A stretch of 63,747 nt of DNA, filler included, from Licmophora abbreviata (lineage: Eukaryota): the NCBI GenBank assembly GCA_900291995.1. It is 6 parts of 6 records of this genome, joined end to end, with 100 filler letters (N's around TTAATTAATTAA, not from the genome) between each part and the next. Parts side by side here need not be neighbours in the genome. Positions count along the whole stretch, not along the records: positions 20,000 to 36,678 come from OLMU01004842.1; positions 36,779 to 54,803 come from OLMU01004843.1; 4 more parts are not named here. One strand, written 5' to 3'. Each line of letters begins with the position of its first letter. Position 1 is the first letter of the stretch. This document shows positions 34,129-46,406 of the stretch, in pieces. Under the pieces are notes generated by a model. It made no database searches. It worked only from the letters and a program-made list of their open reading frames with translations, and was not told the DNA's origin. Made by a program: the position numbers and the translations under genes.

Positions 34129-35689
34129 TCACTCGACGTTACTCAAGGCCCTCTCCAGATCCGCAATGATATCATCAATCGTCTCAAGACCTACACTGAG
34201 ACGCACCAACTCGGGCGCGACACCAGCCGCAATCTGCTGCTCATCGTTCAACTGCGAATGCGTCGTGCTGGCAGGATGAATAGCGAGTGAACGGGCGTCT
34301 CCGACATTGGCCACGTGCGAATGCAACACCAACGAATCGATGAACTGCTGTCCCGCCTTGCGACCATCGTCCGACTTGATACCGAACACCACCATGGCAC
34401 CGCCCTTGCCCTTCAAGTACTTCAAATTGAGTTCGTACATGGCATCGGTTTTGAGTCCCGGAAACTTGACCCACGAGACTTTGGGATGCTCGGACAGATA
34501 CTCGGCGACGGCCTTGGCATTTTCGCAGTGACGTTCCATGCGGAGAGAGAGCGTCTCGATCCCCTGAATGATCATCCACGAGTTGTCGGGAGAAATGCAC
34601 CCTCCCAAGTTGCGGAGCGGCACGGTGAGGGCGCGCAGCTTGTAGGCCAGTGGCGCCAAGCCTTCCGGCAGGTCATGGCCCCAACGCAGTCCGGCATCGC
34701 CTCCATAACTCATATCAGGAATGTCATACAAGGGGTGCTTGCCAGCACCCCAGTTGAAGGTACCCTTGTCGACAATGATACCTCCCAAACACGCGCCGTG
34801 TCCACCAATCCACTTGGTGGCAGAGTTGGCGATGATATCCGCACCATGGTCAAATGGCTTGCAGAGGTAAGGCGTGGTGAATGTCGAATCGACAATGAGC
34901 GGCAGTCCAATGCTGTGGGCGGCTTCACTGATGCCCTCAATGTCAAAAATCTGGAGGGAGGGGTTGCTGACGGCCTCGCAAAAGAAGGCACGTGTCTTGT
35001 CATCGGCGGCCTTGACGAAGTTCTCGGATCACTGCCGTCGACAATCTTGACGGTGATTCCCAAATTGGGAAGGAGGTCATTGAACATGCTGTGTGTTTGT
35101 GAATAAGATAGATGTAAGGGTGGGTAGCAGGATAAGTTTGAACAGCGATGCGTGGATGACACAGCACTCTACACTTTCTCTCTGTGACTCACGTGTACGT
35201 TCCTCCGTAGAGTGCCGAAGAACTGACAATGTTATCTCCCGTGGCCGCCAGGTTGCAAATGGCATAGAAGATGGCATTCGTACCACTGGCTACGGCGAGT
35301 CCCGACAAGGGGTGTCCGCCTTCCAATTGCGCATAACGCGACTCAAAGACGTGCGTGGTGGGGTTCATGAGGCGCGAGTAGATGTTGCCGAGTTCAGCGA
35401 GGCTGAAGAGGTTGGCGGCGTGCTCGGTGTCCTTGAAGAGGTAGGGCGTGGTGCGGTAGACGGGGACGCCGCGAGGAGCGCCCTGGCCGAGGCCCAAGGG
35501 GATGTTGGGGTCGGGGTCGTAGCCGCCGTGAAGAGCGATGGTGTCAAAGCCGTTTCCTTTGCCTTCGGAAGACATGTTTCGTCGAGTCGTACTGAGAGTA
35601 GAAGAGAGAGGAGAATGAGCTCCAAGCAGATAGAGCAAGGAAGAAGTCTTGGTACAACGAGCAAGACTAGCAAGGCGGGGGAGAAGCAT
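34129..35689 (-). CDS. metY: O-acetylhomoserine/O-acetylserine sulfhydrylase with an apparent 1-nt frameshift
   Basis: Exons 35689 (or 35575)-35193 and 35088-34129; GNIYSRLMNPT, LYGGT, SATKWIGGHG, ANVGDARSLAIHPASTTH; frame breaks at about 35026 (GAT CCG AGA AC vs expected DPENF). Confidence 0.88.
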
Positions 35690-36126
35690 TCAGAAACAGC
35701 GTCGCTGAGCTAAGTTTCTGGGTCAGTTGCAGTATAGGCTGTGCAAGGTCGAAGTTGTGACAACAAAGATACGCAAACATAAGCTTTTGGATCTTTTGGA
35801 CTTTCGCGGTTCTGTGCAAGTTTTTTTGGCAGGTGGAAATGAAGCCCAACGGGAGACGCACAGAGCTTTTTAGCTAGTTCATCATAAGTATAGCACGTTC
35901 TGTATTAAATAGTGATTGGTGGCAATGTCAAGAGAGCATGTCGTAGTAATAAGTACAATCTGCAAGAGTGACGAATGCACTCGTACAGAGCACGCGCAAG
36001 ACGAGAACTTGAAACTGCTTTGAGACCTGCAATGAAAACGACAATCCATTCTTGCCCGGGAGTTTGGGGTACATAGTGTGTCGTTGCGTCGTCTAGTATT
36101 TAGAACGAAAGATTACCGAATACACC

Positions 36127-36897
36127 ATGAGCGATTCTTTTCTACTTTCTGATGAATTCGAGGAGGGGGGTGCAGTATCGTCACTAGATATGGAGAACTG
36201 CAAGTCGGATGAGTTTATTCTCGCATCCGTACCGACGGCACCACTCGACACTGCGCATGAGAGTCGTGGTAGTGGACTCTGGATGGAAGCTTTGGACTGG
36301 TGGTGTGGCCTGTCCGAAGATGATGAGATTCTCTCTGATAATGACATCGGTCCGGTTGCACCATTGCCGCCGGTCGGTGCTCAAAACCGGACGACCGCAT
36401 CCCCGCTCGTCACATGCGCACCTCACAACGATGACGATGGTATGATCTTGCTGTATCGCACGCTCGAACAAGCGCATCGACCTCAAAAACTTCCAAGCAA
36501 TCGACAACGACCCCTCTGTTCCTTTCTCAACTATCTTGGGACACGTACGTACCAAGTGGATCCGAAACTGGCGAGAATGCGTATGAATGCTCGAAGGGAC
36601 GCCAGCAGTAGCGTGAATGGCAAGACGCGGCGCAATTCAGCGTCGTGGATGGCGCAGGATAGTCCGTTTGTCGTTGCTNNNNNNNNNNNNNNNNNNNNNN
36701 NNNNNNNNNNNNNNNNNNNNNNTTAATTAATTAANNNNNNNNNNNNNNNNNNNNNNNNNNNNNNNNNNNNNNNNNNNNTGTATCTGCTGGATCGTCTTGG
36801 GCGCCTCCAGCAGGAGCTTGCCAAGAATCTCAAAGATCAGGAGCGTATTCTTGTGAACGATAGTCAAGAGCTAGAACCTGGCAGACTGGTTGCTTGA
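36127..36897 (+). CDS. Hypothetical protein interrupted by an assembly gap
   Basis: ORF from ATG 36127 runs into Ns; after the gap YLLDRLGRLQQELAKNLKDQERIL..LVA* reads open to 36897. Confidence 0.45.
36679..36778. other. Artificial scaffold linker
   Basis: N44-TTAATTAATTAA-N44. Confidence 0.97.
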
Positions 36898-37126
36898 ATT
36901 TGTACCAATTGTATGATACACAAGATCTTATAGCTCGGAGGGTATGTTGAAACGTTCGCCGTCGACTTCATTGTCACGGTGTGCTCCTGGTAATCAAATG
37001 AAGATCACCATTTTCTCGCATAAATCTCTCAGGGCACCGAGCATCTACACCACATTGCATTTCAGAGTTATGGCAATCACGAAACGACCTAAAATGACTC
37101 ATGAATACTACTTTAGATCATCAGAT

Positions 37127-38074
37127 TCAGTTGTTTCCTTCCGCTTTAGCTTTCGCCTCTCGTTCCAATCGCTCCAACTCTTCTCGTTCGGATAAGGCCT
37201 TTTGGTGCTCTTGATTCGCCAGTTCCATCTTTTGCACCCACTTTTGCTTTTGCCGAACCGTTTTCGCTTGATAGATGCGCATGGGAAAGTCAATCTCTCG
37301 CAACACTGCACGAATGTGTGAGTGGCGATGCAACATCCGGCCAGCACTGTGTGACAAGACAAAAAAGAGCGAGGGTTAAGTATCACAGAGCCACCAGGAG
37401 ACAAGTCATAGCACAACAGGATCATTTTTTACGTACTTTCCCCGTCCCATGATCTTGGTTCGTTTCAAATGTGATCCATGCGTCGCAAAGCATTCTGCAA
37501 CTTCCAGTTGCGCCGGCTTGAGACTGTCCCGAATGTCGGCTAGGTTCGACGTACGCCGCAGCACCTTTTGTACAATCGGCGCGGCCATCTTATTGCAAAA
37601 CTCCAGCTGCTGAATGGCGTCTTCCAGGGTCAGTCCCGCTGCCATCTGGCAGACCAAATTCATTCGCCATGGGGAGTGTCGAATGCCGCGTTCCGTGCCA
37701 ACGTACGTGCGCAATTTGTTGCGTCGGCGTTTCAAAATGTAAGGTTTGAGTTTCCTGGGAGATGCGGTGAGGTCCATCCAGGCGTATTTCTTGGGAGTAA
37801 AAGGCGAGGGAAGAGTCGTAACAGACGAGACGGGGGATGCGACGGTAGAAAAGGGGAGTCGTTGGATACCGCTGCTGCCGCTCCTACGTCTTGCTGCGTT
37901 GGTAGGCGACCTGGTGTCAGCGAAAGTCAGAGTCGACGCTAGACGATTCTGCGAGCTAAATTGCCCCGAAAGGGATACCAGGGGCAGCCCCAGCCGTTTC
38001 GTTATCATCCCGTGCGATCGAGTCAGCGTTAAACCGCCCATTTGCCTCACAAGGAGGCTCGCAGGTGCCGCCAT
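37127..38074 (-). CDS. rplV: Mitochondrial ribosomal protein uL22m, 2 exons
   Basis: Exons 38074-37437 and 37346-37127; IRHSPWRMNLVC..AIQQLEF..KIMGRG|NAGRMLHRHSHIRAVLRE; Arg/Ser-rich presequence. Confidence 0.9.
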
Positions 38075-38460
38075 GGTGAACCTCTTGATTATGCTGACGC
38101 TGGCGACGAGCTTGCAGAGAGAGTGCTCGCCGGCTCAGTACCCGATAGATAGTTGCCTCACGGAGACACCGGGTCGACGCATACCAGAAGGCGGGGGGTC
38201 CTCTTGTTGTATACGTCGTACCTTTGACAATGTTCAGCACATAAGGGGTCTAGCATCTAACGATCCAGGCTCGCCTAGGCTCCAGGTACTGATGCCCAGT
38301 GTCCAATCGACGACGGCAGAGGGCACGAGCCGAGCTGGTGCAAACCAGGTACTACACCTATCCGCCACTGGTCGACACGACAGGTAGACACAAGAGCTGA
38401 TCACGTCGTGCAGCAATGAATCAGTTTCTACATTACATGGTTTTCATTCAGGCCTTCAGT

Positions 38461-39720
38461 CTACATCGATCCTCGTCTTCGCTCCTTCATCTTTGACTTC
38501 TCCTTGCCCTTGACACAGAATTGGAGTTGTGTCTCGATTTGGCCAGTCTCTTTTTTGAGACAGTTGTAAATGTGTTTCATCGACGGCCTCTCTTTCGCAT
38601 CGTTAGCCCATGCATACTTAAACACAGACTGGAGTTGGGGAGACCACCGGTTACTAATTCTAGGACGCTCCCGTTGCTCCACCACACGCTTGGAGTGTGC
38701 ATCCACCGACAAGTGTCCAAAGACTTTTTGAAGCGCCAGTATCTCCCAAAGCACCAAGGAAAAACTGTATACATCTGCCGACAAACCATAAGGTTGCTTC
38801 AGTGAGACTTCCGGTGCCATGTATCTTCGACTGCCCGTTGCTCCTGACATTCGATACGTGCCCTCGTCTGTACGTTGACGAGGATCAAGCTCTTTGGACA
38901 GTCCAAAATCAAAGAGTTGCACCTTTCCGTCATAACCAATGCCAATGTTCTCAGGTTTGAGGTCACGAAAGATAATGTTGAGCTTGTGTAAATGCGTGAG
39001 AGCGGATGATATCTCGAGACCAGTCTGGAGGCCCTTGAGAAAGAGTGCTATGAGATACGGCTTGCGAGCCTCAGGTTGTTCCTTGCACTCTTCCAGCATG
39101 CGCCGTTCGAGCTCCTTCCATACCTCCAGTTTCTTGTCGAGGGTGTCGGATAGTCGATCAATGATGAGAAAGAATCCTCCTTCAATACCCTGTGCAAAGC
39201 CATCCGATCCCGCCGCAGCGACACCATGCATTCGAATAATATGAGGGTGCGGATGATGAGCAAGACTACCAAGGTACTTGGCCTCCATCATGATATCTGC
39301 AGCACCATTGGCATAGTTTTCCGTGTTCTTCATGGTCTTCTCACTTAGTAGCTTGACAGCATACTTTGAGCCTTTCCGTAGTCTGCGTGCCAATCCAGCA
39401 CGTCCTTCTTTTTGCGTCGAAGAAGAAATGCGATCGTGATATAGACTTGTAGTGGGGTCTTCCAAGAGATTGATCTTGTGAAGCGCGTACACATCATTAA
39501 AACCTCCCGACCCCAGCTTGTCACCAAGCACTACTTCGCTTCGATCGAATCGAGGAATGTAGTCGTCATGCGTTTGGTCGACGATTCTAGAGTACGATGT
39601 CATTTCCATGGAGATTCGTCTCGCATATTGGCCTACTTTGTGACACGTGCCAGCATCCAACACAGCCGGGGATTCTCGATCGCTCTCCCCCGAGACGGAT
39701 CCACTGCTATGAGGGGGCAT
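38461..39720 (-). CDS. Protein kinase (TKL-like, diatom-expanded FRDLKP type)
   Basis: LGSGGFNDVY, YAVK, IIFRDLKPEN, DFGLS, TGSRRYMAPE, ADVYSF. Confidence 0.92.
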   Translation of the reverse strand: MPPHSSGSVSGESDRESPAVLDAGTCHKVGQYARRISMEMTSYSRIVDQTHDDYIPRFDRSEVVLGDKLGSGGFNDVYALHKINLLEDPTTSLYHDRISSSTQKEGRAGLARRLRKGSKYAVKLLSEKTMKNTENYANGAADIMMEAKYLGSLAHHPHPHIIRMHGVAAAGSDGFAQGIEGGFFLIIDRLSDTLDKKLEVWKELERRMLEECKEQPEARKPYLIALFLKGLQTGLEISSALTHLHKLNIIFRDLKPENIGIGYDGKVQLFDFGLSKELDPRQRTDEGTYRMSGATGSRRYMAPEVSLKQPYGLSADVYSFSLVLWEILALQKVFGHLSVDAHSKRVVEQRERPRISNRWSPQLQSVFKYAWANDAKERPSMKHIYNCLKKETGQIETQLQFCVKGKEKSKMKERRRGSM

Positions 39721-40171
39721 CTTGGTCTGCACCTTTCTGGTCAGGGTGCACTTCGTTTCTTCCTGCTTGTCTTGTGCGAACGAGCGAAAATGAACTCGTA
39801 GCCTCGTTCGCTTGGGATACTTTGGCCCTCCGATCGTGTGCGGATTTGAGCCCTCGAGAATACGGTCATAGATATCTGACTAATGGTATGCTCGTGGCTA
39901 GATGTAGTATGATAAGTAATTCAGAGCTGCCTGCGTCATAGTCATTCCCAGAGAATGTCTTGACACTCCCAAAACTCATGCCTTTCTTCAAGTTGGAAGT
40001 GCTCCACGGCCGGTGCTTTTGAATGGAATTTCGCGGGTTGTGCACGAGTGGTCTACCTGCTGCCGTCTCCAGACATCAACGACATAGCTGATATCATCCT
40101 AGAGTGTATGATAGCTAAAGGGCGACAAAGACAACTTAGAGCCTCCAATCCCTAGCTCTATCATTGACAAA

Positions 40172-43100
40172 CTACAAATCATTGTCGATCTCGGATGGCT
40201 TCAACATTCCCGGCACAGCTCTTCGCTCCGCTTGCAGTCGATCTTCTCGTTCCCGTGCTTCCCGTTCGGCTTCTTCGCTGTACAATCCCGAATTGTCTTC
40301 AATGCTAAACTCCTTGAGCTGAATCAAAAAGTCTCGTAGATGCGCCTTGAACGACGGCAAGTCCATCTTGACGTCAAACAGGCCGTCGACGAATGTGTTG
40401 ACTTGCGTTCTCGTGAGGGTGCTGAAGCTTGTCAAGAGTAAGTTGGAAATGTGCTCGCGTAGAAATGTGGGGTTCGTTTGACCGGCAGGAGCCTTGGCGG
40501 GGTCGAACAGCGGCACTGTCACTTGGTTCATCTGCACCAAGTGGAACATCATCTTGAGCAGTGTCGCATGCATCTTGAAGCCCGACTTGTGAAGTCGGTC
40601 AGTCATGACGGCAAACACATCCTGAATCAGAGTCAACAAGAACTGTTGGTAGAAACCTTGTGCAACATTCGGTGTCCTACCGACACTGGTCAACAGATCC
40701 TGCAGAATCTCAAGGCCCTGTTCAAAGGCAAAATAGAGGAACATGATCCGCATCAAAAGTTAGTATCCGATCGGGTGCGATAGAGCGACAAGCATCGCAT
40801 ACAACACGTACCGTGTCCGCAATATTTCGTTCGTTATGTTTCATTGCCCAAACAACCGAGTCTACAACGAGCTTTTGGTGATCGGCAGGAATGCTAAAGA
40901 GCGCTGGAAAGCAATGTGAAATGATAGCCTTCAGGAATTCGTAGAAGCGAATGCGGTGCTCAGGAAAGTCTTCAAAGTTCGTCGTAATCATTTGCAGAGT
41001 GCACTCGAATACGGCCTCCATGATGCGTGGTACGTCATTCAAGACGTGACTCTTGAGCTTGTGAACAACAGTCGCAAAAAGCGTCAGCACTTCAGGGTCT
41101 CGTGCACCGGCAATGTTCCGCTGGTAGTCCCCAAGTATCGGATCCAACACGGGAGGAATGAAGCCCTGCGCAACGGCTTGCGGCTCCGACTCGGGTGGTC
41201 CGCTCTTGTCGATAAAGACAATCAACAGTCGCAACACTTCCTTTTTCGCGCTGCGCATGGTTCGTACTAAGCTCATCTGCGTCGCAATGGCCCCCTGCTG
41301 CGCGATCGCTACCGATATTCGTTCCGAATACACTTTGTAGACATTCAGCATGTCCAAAAAGAATGTCTGGAGCTGATGGACATACAGCGATCCTACAGCC
41401 CCGCACACCCGATTGTTTGTTTTCAAGATCTTGACGATCTCCTTGATCGTGTTCGGCTCCAACAAGGCGTCGACACTCTTGTTGGCTTGATCCATGACGA
41501 CGCGCCACGTTCGATTCGGCAAATCCATGAGTCGCGCCAGTAATGCCACTCGATCAATAGTCACCGAAGGACCTCGATCGCTCAACATACACCCGACCGC
41601 TTCGTAGAAGGCTTGAACTTGATGCGGTTGTAAATCGCTAATGATGTTAGACAGGGAGTCCACCAATTCACAAATGAAGGGCACTGACTCATCGGATTGC
41701 AAAGTAACAAACTTGCGTTTGCATTTCGACGCAATTTTCAAAAAGGTATCACAAGCCATGTCTTGCACTCCCGGATGGCTCTCATGCATGAACTCAAACA
41801 GCTTGTTCACAACCGTTTTCAGGAACTTCCAATGAGCCTTCAAAAAGCGTGGGTACTGACCGACGACGTACATGATGTTGCTAGCCACCACTGCCTTGTT
41901 GTCCTTGCCACGTTTCGCTTCACAAAGACCCAACAAGTCCTTGATGACCGTTACCAAGAAGCGCTTCTCCTCTTCTTCCGACATGGCTCCTGAGATGCTT
42001 CCAATCGCCCAGCACAAAGTATTCAGATTGTTCCAAGACCACTGTGAACCATCAACCTGTTCCGTTAGTTTCTGCAACATGATAGTTTCCGTGTCATCCG
42101 GATTAAGATGCGTCAAATACACGAGCGTGTCCCGCATCGTCTTGTACTGAGCAATGACATCCGTATCTTTCGTCGTCTCTCGCACAATATCTCCATTCTC
42201 ATCTTCAACAATCAGCACTTCCTCCGGTTTGGCCATGGCCGCGATCATGACATGTCGCACTCCCGGCAGTACCGGCGCATACAGTGCCTTACGAGATGAC
42301 GACTGACTGCCGGCATGTCCATTGTTCGCTCCACTGTTATTCAACTTTAGCACCGTCGACGCACCACTCAACACCCCGTTGTTATCGCTCTTGTACAAGT
42401 CTTCCGTCAGCATGTGCCATGCCTCCAGACAAATACGAAAGATCTCCGTCTCTTTGATTTCACTGACTCGTACAAGATAAAAGAGCGCCTGCAAGAGGTG
42501 GCGTCGCGATTCGTCCGTGGCCTCCATGATGCGCAAATGGGCCTTGACGAAGCCGCTCAAGAAGAGTGCGAGCTTTTGCAAGAATAGTTGATCGTTCTCG
42601 CTGCCATTCTCGTATGCAAGCACCAGGGGTGTTTCGGGAGAAAAGAGTTCGCCCAGCTTGCCGAGAAAGGTCTCCATCAGCTTTCGAAAGAGGTCGTCGT
42701 AGGAACTATCAAGGTCTTTCAAGTTTCCAACTTCAGTGAGACAATCGAGAGCGTCATTGCGGAACTGGGGCGCCGGAAAGAATTTCAACAATAGCAATTC
42801 CATCAATTTGGTTTGAAAGATGAATCCTAGGGGAATCCAAGTGAGGAAGCGCTGGAGTGTCTGAAGTGTAACGGTAAGTAGGGACGCCCGCGTACTGTGT
42901 TGCAAGACAAAGTCACAGAGCTGGTAAATCTGCGTAAACTCTGTGTTCAAGGACTCCTTCATCCTCTTGACCTTTTCCGTGACCATTTGGTCTTTGGAAA
43001 AGTCAAAGACTTCTTCCGAAAGCAGTTTCAGTATCTGCATATTGTTTTCGCAGAGAATCTCGGACGTCTTGCTACTCCCGACAAGATCGCTAATAAAGGT

Positions 43101-43733
43101 GGGCCAGTTGTGCGGCCATTCTTGCTTCAAGATATCCACCAGCGTCAGATTGATCTTTCCCACAAGGACCTTATCTTCCGGCCGCGTGACTTCGTCAGTG
43201 CTCATGCGAATGACCTTGCCGACGATGTAATTCTTGATGCCGTCACGCTGTTCAGCAGGAAGAATCTTCCATCTACGAGAATTTCAAGAATGAAAGAGGA
43301 CAGAGAGCGCAAGTCAGCTGGCTGTGATCGGGTCGTCCAATGACGGATTCATAGTGGTGCAGTCCGACCTGTACTAGCACCACTACCTGAAAGAAAGTAC
43401 GCACCTCGTCTTGATGGCATTGTCCAGCAGCTGCAGTCCATAAAACTTGGTTTGATAGTGCGCGGCCTGTTCCAGGATCATATCCGCCTTTCTCCAGATA
43501 TACTGTGACTCTTGTAGCTGCATCAAGGTACTGTTAGCCTTGGACTGGAGCGGAGACGAGGGGGAGTAGGCTTGCTCTACCATGTTGTCCAGGATGCCAA
43601 TTTCAAAGTCGTTCAGTCCTTCCTCGGAAGTCACAGACTGAAGCAGACGTTGGGATGCGGCGTCAATCGAGGCGACAGTGAGGGGCTGTGCGACGGGCGC
43701 TGTCGCAGGAGCGGTCGTAGCATCGGAGCTCAT
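40172..43733 (-). CDS. XPO1: Exportin-1 (CRM1), 3 exons
   Basis: Exons 43733-43405, 43272-40812, 40717-40172; [58 protein letters not shown]. Confidence 0.97.
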
Positions 43734-44238
43734 GGCGGTGATTTTTGTATCAATCCGTGCACGCTGAATTAGCGTAGAATTCAGTACTCAAATTGGGAAA
43801 CAGGCACGACGTCTTTTTTTGGACCCGAATACGAGAGACGAGGAGGCGAACTCAGCGTCTTTGGAAACACTCCGAGACTTCAATAGGCCCTCAAAAGACT
43901 CCAGAGCACCTCTGTCTAGGAAAAGTCGCAATAGAAGCCCCCAAAGTCCGTCCAAGGAGCAAACAAAGACCGGCAGTGCTGCACTGTGTCGTTGATGGCT
44001 TTTTTGTGGTCGGCGGTGCTGCTTCCAGCGCGAGCTCCGAGTGAATCTGTGTAGCTTCAACGTGACTTGTAGTACTGCACGGACATGGCGCGGAGCAAAG
44101 CTCTTTTTGAGAGCTCGTGATCAAAAGAAATTGGTGTTCGTACATGACATCATACTGACAAAATCGGAAATTCATCGGGCTCGAAAACTGCATCTCAGTT
44201 TTTCCCAGTTTGGGAGTTTGGACTTTTTGGGACCCACG

Positions 44239-46248
44239 ATGACGACGACCACTCAGCCACAGTCGCTCGAGGAGACTCCCGAGAAAGATCAAGACAGTAG
44301 GATGATTGAAAATAATGATGAGAATGACTGTAACGAGGAGATGGAATGTGAAAGTGACGAAGAGAACGACGAAGAGTATGAAAGTGACGACGACGATGAT
44401 ACCATCGGTGCTTCAGCACTCTGGGAAGACTGGAAGCAACATGCTGTCGCAGTCTTGGTGGCCGTACTGGCAGCCAGTATTGGATACATGAGTCTGGGTG
44501 GCGGAATGGTGGGGGAGACTACAGAATGGACCAAACGCTATCCTCACGAGTCCTTGTTGTCGGCACCGAGTGACAGTAGCAGCTTGTCGACCCCATCACA
44601 CATCATGTCGTCGTCATGGGACACTCCTCCCACAGAACGCCAACATCATGTAGTACACACCTACCGGCGCATGAGTAACGTGACGTTTTGTGATATGCCG
44701 CTGGATATTGACTTGCGCGAGGCTCGTCATCATCTTGGTTACATGGACTTTGTCTTGTCGAAAGATGATCATTGGAACGCTGTTTTACTTCACTATCTAG
44801 CAGACATACATCAAGACGACGAGTATGAGCGGACCATGGCGTTGCTTCTTCAGAACAAGGAGCTCATGTTACAAAAACATCGCCATCATGCTGATTTCCA
44901 TTGTTTGCTTGACCAACAACAGTCTCGTCTCCTTCGAGGCTACTCTTTGGTCTACCGACAGCCTAGTCTTACCGATATGATGATCATGTCAAAGAATACG
45001 AATCGAGTATCAGCTGACGACGACTCACAACAGGCTAAAGTCTCGGTTAATAAAAAGCAGAAAAAGACAGCGACGGACGACTTGGAACCCGCTGCATTAT
45101 CTTTCACTGGCTTCGTCGCCAAATTTGTCAATCTCAGCGACAAACCAATACTTCTACACTGGGACGGTCGAGGTGGGCGCGCCGAGAATGCTCGATTGGT
45201 GGCTGAACTCCCGCCGTTCGAGAGTGTTTCGACCACGACAACGCCCGGCCAGTCCTTTAGTCTTTCGCCAATTTACGATTCACAGCACGCTCTGCAACGC
45301 TGGACTGTGACTCATGATGAATGCCTTCTCTACTACGAGCCTGCATTGTTGCAAGTCTCCAAACTTACACCAAAGCAGCAATTTATGTATGCCGCACAGA
45401 AACTGTCGCAAAGTTATGCACGAGATTACTTGATTCATACGCAGCGACACTATCTGGCACAGTTCCCAAGGCCCCGTCCAGCTCATTACATGCACGAAGG
45501 AACGTACTTTGGACAAAAGCATGTCGTAAGAACCAATGCGGGCTATTGGAATGACCCCGATGACGACGAACCGTCATCGTTGCAGTTGGCTGTAAAGACC
45601 GTGTCGGTGGCGCCGCGCGTGTTTCAAATTGACGACTTCTTGAGTCGTGACGAGTGCAACATGCTCATTGAGGCGGGCATATCCAGTGGATTGAAACAAT
45701 CGACAGTGGTGACGGGCGATGCGGCATCTGCCCAACGGGATTTGCAAACGCGCTCTTCCAGCAATGCATGGATACCACGAGAATATTCCAATCTCACCGA
45801 CACCATCTACCGACGAGCGGCAGATCTGCTGCTCATTCCAGAAGAGCTGCTACGACACCGGTCAGAAGAGCATATGCACTTTGCAACTCATCACAGTATA
45901 TCAGAGAGTCTACAGCTGCTACGCTACAAGTCTAACCAAGAGTACACCGCTCACGTCGATTTCACGCACCCTCGAGTGCTGAATCGCTACCAACCAACGC
46001 GATTCGCGACGTTGCTGCTCTACCTAAACGACGACTTTGAAGGCGGTAACACTGTATTCCCTCGCGCCGTCAATGCTCATTCACATGACGGGATCACCAC
46101 AATCCCCAAGCAAGGACGAGCCGTGCTCTTCTATAATCAACTACCTGACGGCAACATGGACGAGCTTTCGCAGCATGCCAGCAAACCGGTCCTGAAAGGG
46201 ACCAAGTGGCTCGCCAACTTGTGGGTGTGGGATCCCATCATCGATTGA
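44239..46248 (+). CDS. Type II membrane prolyl 4-hydroxylase alpha-like 2OG-Fe(II) dioxygenase
   Basis: PRVFQIDDFLS..EC, RSSSNAW, ESLQLLRY..EYTAHVD, RFATLLLYLND..GGNT, H..KPV..GTKWLANLW; TM anchor after an acidic N-terminus. Confidence 0.88.
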   Translation: MTTTTQPQSLEETPEKDQDSRMIENNDENDCNEEMECESDEENDEEYESDDDDDTIGASALWEDWKQHAVAVLVAVLAASIGYMSLGGGMVGETTEWTKRYPHESLLSAPSDSSSLSTPSHIMSSSWDTPPTERQHHVVHTYRRMSNVTFCDMPLDIDLREARHHLGYMDFVLSKDDHWNAVLLHYLADIHQDDEYERTMALLLQNKELMLQKHRHHADFHCLLDQQQSRLLRGYSLVYRQPSLTDMMIMSKNTNRVSADDDSQQAKVSVNKKQKKTATDDLEPAALSFTGFVAKFVNLSDKPILLHWDGRGGRAENARLVAELPPFESVSTTTTPGQSFSLSPIYDSQHALQRWTVTHDECLLYYEPALLQVSKLTPKQQFMYAAQKLSQSYARDYLIHTQRHYLAQFPRPRPAHYMHEGTYFGQKHVVRTNAGYWNDPDDDEPSSLQLAVKTVSVAPRVFQIDDFLSRDECNMLIEAGISSGLKQSTVVTGDAASAQRDLQTRSSSNAWIPREYSNLTDTIYRRAADLLLIPEELLRHRSEEHMHFATHHSISESLQLLRYKSNQEYTAHVDFTHPRVLNRYQPTRFATLLLYLNDDFEGGNTVFPRAVNAHSHDGITTIPKQGRAVLFYNQLPDGNMDELSQHASKPVLKGTKWLANLWVWDPIID

Positions 46249-46406
46249 TTTCCAAGTTCCTGGTAGTGGGGAAGGTCGAGCGTAGTGATTTTTTCTTGAA
46301 GAAAAAACCAATTCTAAACTACTCTGCCTTACAGTCGCCCAGGTCTTCTACCGGTAGGCAGACTCTTGCCGTATCGATCACGCTCATCGCCTCTGCCTAT
46401 TACTCA

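Noticed and set aside
44041..44238. N-terminal extension of the P4H ORF from a GTG start
   Set aside because: Eukaryotic gene; the first plausible ATG is 44239 and the extension looks like promoter/UTR
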